Assembly: GCF_009914755.1 (NCBI RefSeq)
Contig: NC_060925.1
DNA: 64,000 nt
Direction: 5' to 3' (one strand)
DNA from: the human T2T-CHM13v2.0 reference genome, Homo sapiens
Position 1 is the first letter of the stretch. Every line of letters begins with the position of its first letter. The notes below the pieces were generated by a model. That model did not search any database. It was not told the origin of the DNA and worked only from the letters and a program-made list of their open reading frames with translations. Below, piece after piece: positions 1-11,806 of this stretch. Both the position numbers and the translations under genes were made by a program.

Positions 1-351
1 TTTGGCCACTCAGTACCCCCACAGGGAGGGAGGGCAGGCTCCCATGGACTGGACTCCAGGAGGTATGGAATGGAGATGGCCCTGAACGATAAGAAGGCAC
101 AAAGAGACCAGAAAGGGCATTTCAAACAGAGGGACCAGCAAAGGCCTAAAGGTGTGGAGGCAGAAAAGCCAAGGCCTGTTGAGAAGGGAAAGGACAGAGA
201 GGGGCCATTGCTGATATGGCAGGAGGGGCAGGTTGGGGTCAGATTATGGTGGTCATTGAATGGTAAGATGAGCCATGAAGACAAAGATTGCATCTGTCCT
301 ATTTATAATTGTTTACCTGCCACTTAGTATACCTCAGATACTCAATAACTA

Positions 352-650
352 TTTTTTTTTTTTTTTTTGAGATGGAGTCTTGCTCTGTTACCCAGGCTGG
401 AGTGCAGTGGTGTAATCTTGGCTCAGTGCAACCTCCGCCTCCTGGGCTCAAGCAATTCTCCTGCCTCAGCCTCCTGAGTAGCTGAGATTACAGGCATGAG
501 CCGCCACGCCCAGCTAATTTTTGTATTTTTAGTAGAGACGGGGTGTCACCACATTGGCCAGGCTGGTTTTGAACTCCTGACCTCAAGTGATCCACTCAGC
601 TGAGCCTCCTGAAGTGCTGGGATTATAGGCATGAGCCACTGCACCCGACC
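352..650 (-). mobile_element. Alu (AluS-like), COL9A2 intron 19
   Basis: Poly-T followed by reverse Alu dimer; TSD-like CTCAATAACTA on both sides. Confidence 0.92.
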
Positions 651-951
651 TCAATAACTACTTATTGAAGGACTGGACTGAATGACTTTTTCCTGGAGGC
701 GGTGGGGAGCCATGGAAGGTGCTATAGTGCAGAAATGGTCAGATCCCATTTAGCCAACATGGAGGACTGGAATGGCCAAAGAGAAGGCTAGAGTAATTGT
801 CCAAGTAATGAAGCCTTCGCCAGGCCAGGGGCCACAGAGTTGGTAACAAGGCAAGAGGTGGTGATTGAGCAAGAGCCCCGGGTGTGTGTGGATTCTAACC
901 TCATCAGCCACTAGCCCCTGGCCAGCCCCTGTGGCTCCACCTGACACTTAC

Positions 952-1005
952 CGCTAGGCCCTGGTGGCCTGGACTTCCGGGCCGTCCCGCCTGTCCTGCA
1001 CTGCC
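952..1005 (-). CDS. COL9A2: COL9A2 exon 19 (aa 319-336)
   Basis: CAG|...|GTAAGT; 54 bp; GSAGQAGRPGSPGHQGLA. Confidence 0.96.
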
Positions 1006-1208
1006 CTGGGATAGACAGATAACCAAAGATACAAATTAAAGCTCCAGCCAGAGGGCCATGGCTTCTACCCAGATGCAGGTAGGGAAACTGAGATCCAGAG
1101 GCAAGAAAGGGCATGTCCATGACCTGAGGACCCCAGGCTCTTGGTGTCTAGAATCCAGGACTCAAGGTCCTGCCCCTGCCCCAGTCCCATCAGCAGCCCC
1201 ACTCCTAC

Positions 1209-1262
1209 CTTCATGCCAGGCGTGCCTGGGGTCCCATCCTTGCCGTTGATGCCTGGGGGGCC
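1209..1262 (-). CDS. COL9A2: COL9A2 exon 18 (aa 301-318)
   Basis: TAG|...|GTAGGA; 54 bp; GPPGINGKDGTPGTPGMK. Confidence 0.96.
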
Positions 1263-1697
1263 CTACCCAGGAGGAAAGTTCAAGGGAGAGTGATAATGCG
1301 GAGATGTCTGGGGTCTGGCCACCCACCCCTGTTCCTCTGAGACAGCTGCAGTGTGCAGGGAGGGAGTGGCTCTGGTCATCCCAGGAAGCCCCACTGGCCA
1401 ACTGGGGGAGGGGAGTTGAAGTGGGAAGGGGATGAGGGTCACGGAACACAGTCCTTCCCTAGTGTGGAGGGTGGTGTCCCCGACTGCTGCAAGCTCCCCA
1501 TGACCTCCCGTATGTCATCACCCCTGTTTACAGGTGAAGAAACTGAGGCACAGAAAGGGAGGCATTTCCTGAGGTTATGGAGCCAGCCCACCAGTTGCAG
1601 AGTTCAGACTAGCATCCCAGGCTTCTCTTCTGGGGGTTTGGACAAAGCAGCTGGGCCCTGGCCTCTGTCCTGGTGGGCCTAGGCCTCTGGCACCTAC

Positions 1698-1751
1698 CGT
1701 TGCTCCTTTCGGGCCTGTGATCCCCTGGGGTCCACGAATACCTGGGCTGCC
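1698..1751 (-). CDS. COL9A2: COL9A2 exon 17 (aa 283-300)
   Basis: CAG|...|GTAGGT; 54 bp; GSPGIRGPQGITGPKGAT. Confidence 0.96.
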
Positions 1752-2084
1752 CTGCAAAGCGGAGAGAGATCAGGTCACCCTCAGGATGTTGGGCCCCTGT
1801 CTGGCTGTGCAGAGAGGGGAACCACTGAGAACAGTGGCCTCTAGGTCCCAGAGTTCCTCTGGCACAGGCCACACCATGCAGGGGCCGGAGGAGAGAGCCT
1901 TGGGAGTACCCTTCCTGCCCTGGCACCAGCAGGAGGGAGGAGAAGTCAGTGCCAGGAGGCCAGGCTGGGCTGAGCCAGAGCAGGGGTGGGAGCCAGAATC
2001 CACTGAGACCTTGGCCAAGGCCCCACACTCCACTCAGCCAAAGGAACACAACAACCGAATGCAGTGTGTGGATGCTGTGTGAGT

Positions 2085-2460
2085 CTTGATTTGAACAAGA
2101 ACCAGGAAAAGACATTTTTGAGATAATTGGGAAAAACTGAACAGAGACTGGCCATTAGATGATGTTAGGGAGTACTTGTTTATTTTGTCAGTTGTGATAA
2201 TGTGATTATGTGAGAATGAGTGCTTATTGTTTAGAGATATGTACAAAAGTATCTAGGGCTGAGATGATAGGATGTTAAGGATTTACTTGAAAACATCAGA
2301 GCAAAGCAATAACAAAATCAAAGGAAGGAGGGGTCTGGGGGATAGAGGACACAAGACTGACAAAATGTTAATAACTGAATTGGAACCTGTGATAGGTACA
2401 TGGGGATTCTTTATATCACTCTCACTGGTTTTCTGTATAGTTAAAAAATTGCATTAAAAA
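2085..2460 (+). mobile_element. Old L1ME-type 3' end fragment
   Basis: AT-rich segment resembling L1ME 3'UTR (GACATTTTTGAGATAATTGGGAAAA...TTAGATGAT); by eye. Confidence 0.5.
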
Positions 2461-2470
2461 ACTAGATATT

Positions 2471-2770
<300 letters not shown>

Positions 2771-3138
2771 TAGATGATCTCTGCTGTCTAATAGAAAAAT
2801 AAAAGTATAAGAATTTTTTAATTTTTAAAAAGAAAAGAAAATAATTTAAAAAACTAAATAATAATAACAGTTAACTGTGTTTTCTGCTCCATTTTTCTGT
2901 AAACTTAAAACCGCTGCCCCCAACAGGTCTATTAATTGGAAAAAAAAAAAAAAAAAGAGTTAAGAGAACTGGGATCGAGACCAAATCCCATTAGCCCCAT
3001 GGCTGATTTGCTGGAATCTCATTGTCTGGCCCCAGTGACCATGGGACTGGATCCCAGGGCTTCTCCTAAAGTCTGAATTTGGGCTGACTGGGCTCTTGGC
3101 ACAGATGGTCCTCCCCAGCAGGTCACCCACTTGGGCAG

Positions 3139-3370
3139 ACACACACACACTCACTCACACACACATACATACACTCACAGTCACACACACACACTCAGAG
3201 ATATCCTCACACACTCACATACACATACTACACACACTCACAGACAGCCTCACACATACACACTGTACACATACACTCATATACACACAGTCTACACACA
3301 CACACACTACACACTCACACACACTACACATTCACACTCACGCACACACTCATGCACTCTCACACACACA
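3139..3370. repeat. Degenerate (CA)n/(CACT)n low-complexity tract, intron 16
   Basis: ~230 bp of ACAC/ACTC/ATAC units; GU-rich in the pre-mRNA, starting ~75 nt after the exon 16 donor. Confidence 0.9.
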
Positions 3371-3444
3371 GCCTTAGGGGGTGCCTTGTCCTGCCCAGTA
3401 CTCCCCAGGGGTCCTGACTGAACAATGGGTGCCTGAGGACTCAC

Positions 3445-3498
3445 CTCGTCACCCTTCTCCCCAGCTCGGCCTGGCGGTCCCCTAGGACCTTCCTCACC
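3445..3498 (-). CDS. COL9A2: COL9A2 exon 16 (aa 265-282)
   Basis: CAG|...|GTGAGT; 54 bp; [18 protein letters not shown]. Confidence 0.96.
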
Positions 3499-3617
3499 CT
3501 GGCAAGAAAGACAAGCAGGAATCCAGGTCACACAGGCTCAGGGGGAGCCATGCCCACTCTGTGGCTGTAGCTGTAGGAGCTCCAGCCTCAGGGGTAGGGG
3601 AGCAAAAAGAGGCTTAC

Positions 3618-3671
3618 CGGTGGCCCAGTGGCACCGATAGCGCCCACCATGCCTTTATATCCATGAGGGCC
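3618..3671 (-). CDS. COL9A2: COL9A2 exon 15 (aa 247-264)
   Basis: CAG|...|GTAAGC; 54 bp; GPHGYKGMVGAIGATGPP. Confidence 0.96.
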
Positions 3672-3770
3672 CTGGGGAGAGGAAAGGGTTGCAGGTCAGT
3701 CCTGGCTGAACTCCAGGGGCCAGAAGGCAGCTCCTGGAAGCTCTTGTAGAACACCCCAAGATTCACTTAC

Positions 3771-3824
3771 CATCTCTCCCTTGGGCCCTGCCATGCCTGG
3801 GTAGCCCCTGATGCCCTGGGGACC
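3771..3824 (-). CDS. COL9A2: COL9A2 exon 14 (aa 229-246)
   Basis: CAG|...ATG|GTAAGT; 54 bp; GPQGIRGYPGMAGPKGEM. Confidence 0.96.
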
Positions 3825-4220
3825 CTGTTGAGAAAGAAAAATGACAGCAATGGCAATTGCAAGGCCCACTTCATGATACCTTGTCTGATGCCCACCTTCA
3901 ATCTTACAGTGCCCTTTTGAGGTAGGCAGCAGAGTCTCTGTCTCATGGATGGGACATGGAGGTTCAGAGATGAGGAGGGACTCACTGCATTACTCAAAGG
4001 GACAGTGGCAGACCTGGACCTCAGCCTGGGCTTCTTGCTGACAGCTTTGGTTCCTGTCCCTCATTCCTGACAATTTCAGCCTCCATCTCCCCATCCAGAG
4101 ATGCTCCCAGCTAGACACAGGTGTCTCTTTTACAAGCTAGAGGCCTGAGCAGGGGAATGACTCCATGAAGGGCTCCTGGGGTGAGGGAGAAGAGGGCCAC
4201 TGAGGCAAGGTGTTCCTTAC

Positions 4221-4274
4221 CGGTGGTCCAGGGATGCCTTGCTCTCCAGAGGCACCCACATCTCCCTTGGGACC
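4221..4274 (-). CDS. COL9A2: COL9A2 exon 13 (aa 211-228)
   Basis: TAG|...|GTAAGG; 54 bp; GPKGDVGASGEQGIPGPP. Confidence 0.96.
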
Positions 4275-4599
4275 CTAAAGGGCAGGGATGAGCTGTCAGA
4301 CAGGCAGGCAGATGGAAAGACACATATACAGACAAGCAAAGATACCACCTCTTTTCCCCAGCACAAGCAGACGGGAGGGACTACTACGAACCCTACAGTC
4401 CTGTGTTACAGATAGAGAAAAGCCAAGCAAGGAGACATGACCAGAGACATGCCGACCTGGAGCACAGGCCTCCAGCCCCCGGCTCAAGGCTCTGTCCCCA
4501 GAACCCACAGGGGAAGGGGAAGGGACGAAGAAGGGGACAGAGCCCTGTAGGACCATCTCCACGTATCCCTGACCCACAGCCCTCAGACCTTGCACTCAC

Positions 4600-4653
4600 C
4601 GGCTTCCCCTGGTGGCCAGGATCACCCAGAATCCCGCGTTTGCCCGCATGCCC
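4600..4653 (-). CDS. COL9A2: COL9A2 exon 12 (aa 193-210)
   Basis: CAG|...|GTGAGT; 54 bp; GHAGKRGILGDPGHQGKP. Confidence 0.96.
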
Positions 4654-4736
4654 CTGAAGGGAAGGAGAGAGCTCAATACGAGGTCCCCTCCTGTCACCTG
4701 CACCACCCTCCCAAGATTCAGGCCAGGAGCTCTCAC

Positions 4737-4793
4737 CTTCACTCCCTGCAGCCCTGGGGGACCTTTCATTCCGGGTGGACAGTTGGTTGGACA
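4737..4793 (-). CDS. COL9A2: COL9A2 exon 11 (aa 174-192; NC3 cysteines, start of COL2)
   Basis: CAG|...|GTGAGA; 57 bp; CPTNCPPGMKGPPGLQGVK. Confidence 0.96.
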
Positions 4794-5006
4794 CTGGAAA
4801 CAGAAAATCCCACAGGGTCCTGTGATCAGCTGGGCAGTGCGCCCCCATCTCTCCAAGCCCCGTGCTCTCCTCCGCCTCACCTGGTGGAACCCCTGCACTG
4901 CAGCCCCTCCCCATCTCTCCAGACACCCCCATCTCCGTGGCCCCGCCTCCCCATCTCTGTGGCCCCGCCCCCCTGTGTTAGCCCCGCCCCAGACCTCGTC
5001 TCTCAC

Positions 5007-5054
5007 CAGGAAATCCGCACTGCCTTCCAGACCCTGGATGGTTCCCGGGCGACC
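5007..5054 (-). CDS. COL9A2: COL9A2 exon 10 (aa 158-173; NC3 with GAG-attachment Ser169)
   Basis: CAG|...|GTGAGA; 48 bp; GRPGTIQGLEGSADFL; Ser codon at 5019-5021. Confidence 0.96.
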
Positions 5055-5168
5055 CTGAGAGGAGACATGAAGATGGAGCTTGGCCTGACCCTTTCCCGCC
5101 GCAGGCTTGCTCAAAGACCCTTCTCCTTCCCCTGCACTTTGCCATGTCGGGGGTCTGGGGACACTTAC

Positions 5169-5222
5169 AGGTTTCCCAGGGGGTCCTGGGGGCCCCGATG
5201 GTCCATCTGGTCCAGGGTCCCC
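5169..5222 (-). CDS. COL9A2: COL9A2 exon 9 (aa 140-157)
   Basis: CAG|...|GTAAGT; 54 bp; GDPGPDGPSGPPGPPGKP. Confidence 0.96.
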
Positions 5223-5565
5223 CTGGAAGCAAAAGAAGCCCAAATCATACCCCTGACCAGCCCTTACCAGCTTACCCTAGTGCCCTCCTCCAGGTCCTGC
5301 CTCTGCCCTCTCCACCCTGTCTTCCCGGTCACTTTGTGAGATCCACCATCTTGGGAGATGAAGGCCTGATTGACAGGGGATGGGGCCAGCGGCGTCCCTA
5401 AAAGACCTAGTGCCGGGTGGGCTCATAGGAGGGGTTTCTGCCCCAGACCTGGAGGAGTTTCCCAGTGGCCAGGAGCAGGCCCAGGAACTTCCAGAAAGAC
5501 CACCCAGCTTGCCAGCTTGGAGATAGAAGGCAGGAGGCAGTGAACAGAGGGTGGCTGAGGCTCAC

Positions 5566-5619
5566 CTTGGGGCCTCGGATTCCAATCTCACCAGGGAGGC
5601 CAACAGGTCCAGGAGGCCC
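5566..5619 (-). CDS. COL9A2: COL9A2 exon 8 (aa 122-139)
   Basis: CAG|...|GTGAGC; 54 bp; GPPGPVGLPGEIGIRGPK. Confidence 0.96.
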
Positions 5620-5962
5620 CTGGGGAGCAGAGAGGTGATGGTCAGGATGCCTCAGAGGGTCAGATACCCTGGGCACGAAGGTAGAGACAGGCACCCAAAG
5701 CCCGTTTCTCCACTTTTACTTTTTTTTTTTTTTTGCCAACCCCAGAGAGACTGACAGACTGAGGCTTTAAGGACCAGAGAATTGCAGAGCCAGTGGACAG
5801 GCCCAGAGTGGGCTGGCCCTGGGTCTCTGGCAGGTCCACTTATTCCTGACACTATCACAGCAAGCTGGCTCCTTCCCATGGTGGCCATTCCCTCGAAGCC
5901 TTTCTGTTGTCCCCTCCTTCCCTGGGAGTTCTGGGGATCCTGCCCCATCCCTGAGGACTTAC

Positions 5963-5986
5963 AGGAGGTCCAGCAAAACCAGGGCC
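5963..5986 (-). CDS. COL9A2: COL9A2 exon 7 (aa 114-121; micro-exon with Gly-X-Gly helix imperfection)
   Basis: CAG|...|GTAAGT; 24 bp; GPGFAGPP. Confidence 0.94.
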
Positions 5987-6080
5987 CTGGAACAGAAAGA
6001 AAGAAAATTGGCTTCATGGCTCCCTCTGCAGGTCCCCTCTCCCCCAAGAGTCCCTCGAAGCCCTTGCAGGTTGTACTCAC

Positions 6081-6116
6081 CGGAAGGCCAGGAGGACCAG
6101 GAAGCCCGGGCTGGCC
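6081..6116 (-). CDS. COL9A2: COL9A2 exon 6 (aa 102-113)
   Basis: CAG|...|GTGAGT; 36 bp; GQPGLPGPPGLP. Confidence 0.96.
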
Positions 6117-6237
6117 CTGCAGAAGCAACGAGAAAGGCTCAGAGGCTGGGGTTTCCCCGGCTCCTACTTCCTCTCTACAGCCACTCCCAAACGCTGGCCC
6201 TAGATTGCCCATGCTGAGGCCCCAGCAGGCCCCTTAC

Positions 6238-6291
6238 CTTGACTCCAGGGATCCCCATGGGGCCAGGCTCCCCCTTGGCTCCAGTTAAACC
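6238..6291 (-). CDS. COL9A2: COL9A2 exon 5 (aa 84-101)
   Basis: CAG|...|GTAAGG; 54 bp; GLTGAKGEPGPMGIPGVK. Confidence 0.96.
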
Positions 6292-6644
6292 CTGGGGAAG
6301 AATGAAAATGTAGGATCAATGAGGGCCAACCTGCTCCCTGACCCACAGAGCAGGGCAGGTTCAAGGGTCCCTCCTGGGTGGGCCGAGGCTCCTTTTTGCC
6401 ACACCTCATGAAGGCCTAGGAACCTCCACACCTTTCTTTCCTTTTCCCCAGTTCCCATAGTAACCCTAGGAGGCAGGCAGAACAATTCCCTTCTTTTGAA
6501 AGATGAGAAACCAAAGCCCAAAGATTTGGCTTTATGCCAGACCCAGGCTTCATGCCTCCGGGTTCAGGAGTCTAGAAGACCTAGCCATGGGTCAAGATTG
6601 GTCATTTGCTTGATGTCCTACCTTGACAACTTTTTCATTTTCTT

Positions 6645-6975
<331 letters not shown>

Positions 6976-7438
6976 CATTGGCAACTTTTTCTGAGCCTTA
7001 GTTTCTCATCTGGGTGCCTCTCTGGGTGGATGTGAGAACTGATGCAACATAGAAGGCAATATGCCTTGTAATCGTTGCAGGGTGTGGATGAGTTTGAAGG
7101 GGTCCTGGTGACTGTCCCAGCCCTGGTCACACCTCATGAGCCAGCAGGGCAGAGGCAAGTCATGGGGGTTTCTCCTTTCTCCCATCTTTCAGTGACTGAC
7201 CCAGTGTAACCCCCATCAGATGTTGTCCTCATGCCCCTGGGGCTGGCTGTGTTCAAGAGCCTGTGACCTTGGGGGCCCCCTGGGAGCTCTGTGGTATCAG
7301 CTAAATGATGTTTCTCTCCTGAGTCATGCCTGGGGCTGTGGGTAGGGGTCAGGGGAAGAGCGGAGGAAAGGACAGGGCACACAAGGACAGCCCCACCCAA
7401 CATATTCAGCCTGATCCTTGGAGGCCAGAAATGTGAGA

Positions 7439-7636
7439 CTAAGTCCTGACTGCTGAGGGGTAGCAGGAGGAACCTGCACCTCCCAGAAAGCAGACCCTCT
7501 CTCTGGACCCCGGTTGCCTGCAAATCAATGACCCTGGGTGAGAGTGAGGTTCCAGGAAGGTCACAAGTCATATCAAGGTGAGGGGGGCTCACAGCTGGAG
7601 AATCTCCATCCTGCTGCCCATCTCTGAACAGATCAG
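7439..7636 (+). repeat. 198-bp local direct repeat, copy A (intron 4)
   Basis: About 92% identical by manual alignment to 9804-10001. Confidence 0.92.
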
Positions 7637-7703
7637 TGAAGATGCCAGAGCCAGGCCCTGGAGGTCAATTGGCAGAGCCCTACCCTGCCCCACCCGACAC
7701 TCA

Positions 7704-7925
<222 letters not shown>

Positions 7926-9087
7926 CTACGGCTCACACTACCCCAAGTGGGCACACACAGGCCCTGGCAGGCCGCTCCCAAAGGCTCTCCTCACTCTCCT
8001 CTCTTCTGTCCAGGTCCCCTAAGCCTTGCAATCTTTGGGAAAAGAGCCCCCTTTTCCTCAAAAATAAAAACCAAAAACAAATCACAGGAGCATGAGAATA
8101 ACCCTGGCCGGGCTGGAGAGGGTGACAGCAACATGCAAGAAGGTACAGACATGCTGATGTCATGAGGTGCCAGCTGTGAGACCCACTACCAGGGCTGGGG
8201 GCTCCAAGCTGATGCCTCTTGGATTTGGGCACGTGTGGGAGGAAGGTTGGGGCTTTTAGAGAAACGTGAAGGGGGATGAGCGAGTTGGGCAGCAGCTCTA
8301 TTCCAGACTGCAGGGCAGGAGAACGGGAAGCTGAGCCAGTGGCAAGGACCAAGGGGGACTGCAAGGGGGAAATTCAGTGTTCCCAAGGAGGGAAGGACCT
8401 CCTTCCAGTGCCAAAGGACCCTTGGTGGTGGGCAGGCAGGGCCGGTAGAGTGCGATTCAGCCCCAGAGAGGCCTCCAGGCATTTCAGAGCCCTCAGCAGC
8501 CAGGGCCTGGCCGGGGGCCCAGCATCCTGTGTTTGGGGGGTGGGGGCACCAGGTTGAATAGAAGTCTGTCCAGACTGGTAAACATCAAGCGGCCCTCCTG
8601 CGGGAGCTTTCAGAATGAGGTATTTAACCCTCACCCTGCAGGGAACAAGCCCAGCTGATTCTAAATCGGGGAGAGAAAACCGAAGGGAAGAGACAGGAGT
8701 CTGGCCCAAGCTGGTCGGTGGTCTGGCCAAGGCTCCCAAGCGAACCTGAAGAAGCGTCCAGATGTGCCAGAGGCAGGGTGAGGGGTTGAGTCGCCTCCTA
8801 CCCCACAAGGAGGGGAAAGGAGAGGAGGGGGATGAGGCCTCGCTGTGAGCTGCGGCCGGCGGACTGAACAGCAACTCCTTGTCTGTCGGCGGCTATAACG
8901 GGCTCCGCATGTCAGGGCTGGTTTGAGGTTTTTGCAGAACAAACGGCGTCCTTGTGGTGCGGGCCGGCGCCGCCTATTGGCGACGAGGGGCACTACATCT
9001 CCGGGCACCCCCAGTCCCCACCCCCACCACAGCGCTCACAAAGTTCTCCTTTGTCTGCCGCCTCCCTCCCGCCCTGGTCTCAGGTTA

Positions 9088-9201
<114 letters not shown>

Positions 9202-9803
9202 TCAGACAGTGCAGGAAGCTGGGCGTCCCCGGGGCTGCAAGCGACCCTGGGAGCGGGGTCCTAGGGGCGCAGCTCTTCCGCGAACTCCCACGTATTGAGA
9301 ATCTTCTGTATAGCAGGCACTGTGTGCCATTACATGCATTCATTATCTTACAGAATACTCAGAACCGGGAGGCGGGCGCTATTACGGGCCCCAGTTTGCA
9401 GTCGAAGAAACTGGCTCAGAACGTGAAGGGTCCATGGTCACTGAGAGCGGGCGGCGGCGCCAGGAGTCCGCCCTGGATCTGCCCGACTCCTTCCACTGTG
9501 CCAGTTTGCCCTTGCGCGGTCGCGGTGGGGAATAGATGGAGACGTGGACAGCTCAAATAAATCACAGATGGAATGTAAGGTTGTGCCTAGCAGGCTGCCG
9601 GCCCTCAGTGAGCGGTGGCTCGGGTTGTTGTTCTTACGTGAACGACAGGCAGAGACAGCGCCTCCTCCTCTCCCCATGGTGCGGGAAAACCCGACGGGAA
9701 AGTGGGGGAGGCGCAGAGAAAGGAGGTGTAGGGAGGTGAAGCGGGTACTATCTTCCCACTCGGAGCGCCCCTTCGGCAGCACAGCTGCCCGGTCCTCCCT
9801 CTG

Positions 9804-10001
9804 CTAAGTCCTGACTGCTGCAGGGGAGCAGGAGGAGCCGGCACCTCCCAGAAAGCAGACCCTCTCTCTGGATCCCGTTTGCCTGCAATTCAATGCCCCT
9901 GGGTGGGTGTGAGGTTTCAGGGAGGTCACAAGTCATATCAAGATGAGGCGAGCTCACAGCTGGAGAGTCTCCATCCTGCTGCCCATCTCTGAACAGATCA
10001 G
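9804..10001 (+). repeat. 198-bp local direct repeat, copy B (intron 1)
   Basis: About 92% identical by manual alignment to 7439-7636. Confidence 0.92.
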
Positions 10002-10629
10002 AGATCTTAAAAGGCGGCCCTTTTAAGAGGCCAGCTCGGACCCAGGCAGGGGTCCCGGTGCCCACGACCTCCCCAGGCCGCGAAGTGCCAGGCTGGCGCC
10101 CCGCAGGCGAGCTCGAAACCACACCCAGCACCCGACCGGGCCCAGTCTCTGCCCTACCCGCGCGCCCGCAGCCCCCGGCGGCCCTCGGAAGGGAGACGTG
10201 GGTAGGCGGGCAGGGCCGAGAGGCCGCCTCGGGGCGACAGCGGCGTCTGGTTGGAGCCGGCGCCCCCTGGGAGGCGGCGGGGGCGGAGGCTGCGCAGCGG
10301 GTGAATGAGCACCATTGTATGCCCCGCCACCTGGGCTCCCCGGGCTGCCAGGACCGGGCGCCAGCTCCTGCCCCACGCTGCCTGTCCCGGGCCGGGCCGC
10401 GCGTCTGGGGACGGGTCCCGTTTGACTCTCCGGCTCAGCCACCTCCATTCACGGTGCCGCGATGGGCACCATGTATGCACCCACCGAGGGGACCTGCCCG
10501 CGGCGCTGTCCTCAGGTGGCCTCTCGGGCTAGGGGTGTCAGTAGGCGCGGGACACAGGCAGAGCTCCTCCATCCCGGACTCCAGACCCCGCACCCTGGAC
10601 CCTGGCAGCGGAGGGGCTGCGAAACTTAC

Positions 10630-10704
10630 AATCTGCGCCAGAGCGAGCACTACCACCTGGAGGAGAACAAGGAGGCTGCGGGGGGAGGCCGTAGCGGCGG
10701 CCAT
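10630..10704 (-). CDS. COL9A2: COL9A2 exon 1 coding part (aa 1-25, signal peptide)
   Basis: Kozak GCCAGCCATGG at 10704; MAAATASPRSLLVLLQVVVLALAQI; donor ATT|GTAAGT. Confidence 0.97.
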
Positions 10705-10795
10705 GGCTGGCGGCGAGACCAAGGGGGACGGGTGCGTGTCCGCGCACGCACCGACGGCAGAGTCTCCCGGCGCTCCTCCAGCGCTGGCTGTTCGC

Positions 10796-10860
10796 GGGCA
10801 GGGTGGGCTGGGGCTCCTGAATATGCGGGGGGCGGGGCGGGGGCCGGCGTGAGCTGTCAC
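10796..10860 (-). promoter_or_regulatory. COL9A2: COL9A2 core promoter: tandem GC boxes and a TATA-like CATATTCA
   Basis: GGGGCGGGGCGGGG (Sp/KLF) at ~10829-10843, and minus-strand CATATTCA at ~10818-10825, about 120 bp upstream of the ATG. Confidence 0.65.
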
Positions 10861-11801
10861 CTGAGAGGACCGGCGGGGTTGCCGGGAGGGAGGCCGGCGC
10901 CAGGCATCCAGCTCCGCCCCGCTCGGTCCAGCCTCCTGCGCCCACCCTCTGTCCTCGAGGGGCGACCGGGGTGCGGGTCGGAGATGATGGTCCAGTTTCT
11001 TTGTGAGAAGGCATAAGGCCGTCTGAGGTTCCCCTCGGGACCTTCAGGCCCCAGCACCTTCCCCCTGACGCACAGCCTGTGCCCCATCACTTACCCTACG
11101 TCCTCTCCAGGGCCCAGGCCGAGAGCACCTCGGGCTCTGCAGATCTTGCTGCAGGCTCTCCCCAGCTCCCGCCCACCTTGCTCCCCTCTCCTCTGGCTCC
11201 TTCCTCTCCAAGCACAAACAAACAGGCCTTTTCCATATTAATATGCCACAGTCCTTCCTGGATCAGCCGTCTCATGAATACTCCATCGGCCTCTTCCAGC
11301 TCTTTAGTGGAGCTGTGTGCACCTCCCCCACCCCCGAACTTCCTCACCTCGCTTTCACCTCCCTACTCTGTCCCAACAAGCAAATCTGTCTCCTGGAGGT
11401 CTGCAGTGAAGCCCAACCCTTCTTCGGTCCTCCAGGCAGGAAGCTGTTGGCATCTTCACCTGCCCTTGAAGTCTTCCCCATCCAAGCTCCTGCCATCCAG
11501 CTCCCCTTTTTCTATTGCCTTTAATTCTCTGCAGCTGCCTTAAGCACTGGTGTGTTTAGGATTGGGCCTTCTCACTCCATGTTCATAGAAACAACTACCA
11601 CTTTATTCACCAGAGTTTCCGAACCCCGCTGTCCAGCATAGCCCGACTCCAGAGAGCCTTCCCTTCCCTCCCACTCACTTAGGCAATATTGGTAAAATGC
11701 TTTGGAATCTGACTTTTTCACAATTATAGATATGACCACAGGCACCCCAAACTCTATGAAGTCTCATTTTCCTCATCTGTAAAATGGGGATACTAATAGT
11801 C

Positions 11802-11806
<5 letters not shown>

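Noticed and set aside
3096-3421. His/Thr-rich ORFs
   Set aside because: Translation of the (CA)n-like tract.
4590-5339. 249-aa plus-strand ORF and overlapping 179-215-aa ORFs
   Set aside because: These are antisense or intron read-through frames over COL9A2 exons 9-12 in GC-rich DNA. They show no recognisable domain.
10058-11016. 264-aa and 184-aa plus-strand ORFs
   Set aside because: They reflect stop-codon scarcity in the CpG island and are low-complexity Arg/Gly/Pro/Ala sequence.
11234-11245. Perfect 12-bp palindrome CATATTAATATG
   Set aside because: A palindrome this short is expected by chance in 64 kb.
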